Origin: Clostridia bacterium
Lineage (GTDB): Bacteria; Bacillota; Clostridia; Oscillospirales; UBA644
Length of the DNA: 64,000 nt
Reading direction: 5' to 3'
NCBI GenBank assembly: GCA_017623595.1
Contig: JAGAOU010000044.1
Coordinates: 68,914 to 132,913, forward strand
Below, piece after piece: positions 62,934 through 64,000 of this stretch. Position 1 is the stretch's first letter, and every line of letters begins with the position of its first letter. A program made the position numbers and the translations under genes. The notes under the pieces are model-generated. The model was not told the origin of the DNA. It searched no databases and worked only from the letters and a program-made list of their open reading frames with translations.

Positions 62934-64000
62934 ATGGATCGTTTTTTGTATGCAAAGGCTACATCCGCCGATGCTGGACGCAATGTAAAGGATTTTTTGC
63001 GTGCCCGTTGGGGCATTTCCTCCGCCCTCCTGATCGCTTTGAAGCAGTACGATGATGGGATCACCGTCAACGGAGTTCGGGTCAGCGTTACCTATCGACT
63101 GTCTGATGGGGACAGCGTCTGCATTTCTGTGGGCGATCACGGTGTCGATTCGGGCTTTGAAGCCACCGAAATGCCTTTGGAAATTCTGTACGAGGATTCC
63201 GATCTGATCCTGCTGAACAAGCCTCCCTTTCTTCCCGTGCACCCCTCCAAGGGGCATGTGAACGATACCTTGGCCAACGGTCTTACCGATTATTATCATA
63301 AAAAAGGGGAGACCTTTGTCTCCCGCTGTGTCCTTCGCCTTGACGCAAATACGTCGGGGGCGGTGTTGTTTGCCAAAAATCAGTATGCTCATGACCGTCT
63401 TCGTCGCAGGCTGGAAGATGGAACAGTGCATAAGGAGTATCTTGCTCTTGTTCACGGGCAACCATCCTTTCACGGGCAGATTGACGCTCCGATCTATCGC
63501 CCCGAGGAGGCGACCTTGCGGCGGATTGTGGACCCGAGAGGAAAGGCGGCGCTGACCGAATATGTCACCGAAAAAAGCAACGGTACTCTGTCCCTGCTTC
63601 GCGTGAGTCCCCATACGGGCCGCACCCATCAGATTCGCCTGCATTTGTCTTACTTGGGAACACCCATGGTGTCAGATTTTCTCTACGGAGAAGAGCATGA
63701 CGGTGTGTTGTCTCGCCACGGTCTGCATTGCGCCTCCATCTCCTTTCCACACCCTGTGACCGGAAAACAGATCTGTGTGAAAGCCCCCTTGGCAGCGGAT
63801 ATGAGGTCTGTTTGCGATGATCTTCCAATGGCAGATCGTTACCGCTCTCTGGATAGTCATCTTCGCCGTACCTATGGAGAAAAGCTGGTGAAGCTTGCTC
63901 TGAATGGTGGCTTTTCCTGCCCAAATCGGGAACATGGCGGACGGGGCTGCAGTTTTTGCTCGGCGGGGGGAAGCGGTGAGTTTGCCGTAGCCCCTTGTCC
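62934..64000 (+). CDS. RluA-family pseudouridine synthase reading in frame into a TIGR01212-type radical SAM N-terminus (open at window end)
   Basis: Absent from the ORF track because no stop is reached. Hand translation codon by codon from ATG 62934: MDRFLYAKATSADAGRNVKDFL... with RLDANTSGAVLFAK and HTGRTHQIRLHL (RluA motifs). It continues without a stop through ...APLAADMRSVCDDLPMADRYRSLDSHLRRTYGEKLVKLALNGGFSCPNREHGGRGCSFCSAGGSGEFA (radical SAM Cys motif). Confidence 0.75.
   Translation, partial: MDRFLYAKATSADAGRNVKDFLRARWGISSALLIALKQYDDGITVNGVRVSVTYRLSDGDSVCISVGDHGVDSGFEATEMPLEILYEDSDLILLNKPPFLPVHPSKGHVNDTLANGLTDYYHKKGETFVSRCVLRLDANTSGAVLFAKNQYAHDRLRRRLEDGTVHKEYLALVHGQPSFHGQIDAPIYRPEEATLRRIVDPRGKAALTEYVTEKSNGTLSLLRVSPHTGRTHQIRLHLSYLGTPMVSDFLYGEEHDGVLSRHGLHCASISFPHPVTGKQICVKAPLAADMRSVCDDLPMADRYRSLDSHLRRTYGEKLVKLALNGGFSCPNREHGGRGCSFCSAGGSGEFAVAPC

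Overview
64-kb chromosomal window from a Gram-positive anaerobe, Clostridia-like by content: dockerin and cohesin-like modules, SipW-type peptidases, clostridial ferredoxin, luxS. Hand spot counts give about 45-50% GC. No rRNA, tRNA, CRISPR array, transposase or integrase was recognised. (i) 1-2 kb: an amidohydrolase fragment, a DUF6198/YczE-like membrane protein and a Gfo/Idh/MocA oxidoreductase. (ii) 2.0-35.2 kb: one long accessory surface locus, all on the + strand, behind a ~1-kb AT-rich non-coding region. It encodes a 2030-aa dockerin-bearing secreted giant and two membrane-anchored cohesin-like/FIVAR-repeat proteins. A degenerate HD-GYP+EAL protein follows. Next come seven mutually paralogous proteins (191-1704 aa) with SipW-cognate-type N-termini and TasA/camelysin-like terminal motifs, plus two SipW-type (ER/archaeal-type) signal peptidases. 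Between them sits a membrane-anchored McrB-like AAA+ NTPase, followed 24 nt downstream by a nuclease-less E/R-rich coiled-coil protein whose stop overlaps the next subunit gene. The locus ends with an Lgt-like gene in a low-GC patch and a BspA-type LRR protein. I consider 13.9-32.6 kb a candidate undescribed fibre/adhesin assembly system; the family assignments rest on short motifs read by eye and need profile or structure searches. (iii) 35.3-64 kb is mostly housekeeping: MFS transporter, araC-ogt, ECF sigma/anti-sigma, 2-hydroxyacid dehydrogenase, ferredoxin, rsmI, luxS, M23 peptidase, murA, rlmH, phosphoglucomutase. It also holds four tandem TIM-barrel sugar-phosphate isomerase/epimerase paralogues (the first frameshifted), a GH36-GH36-GH27 alpha-galactosidase operon, an amino-acid ABC transporter, and an RluA-type pseudouridine synthase reading in frame into a TIGR01212-type radical SAM protein at the window edge.
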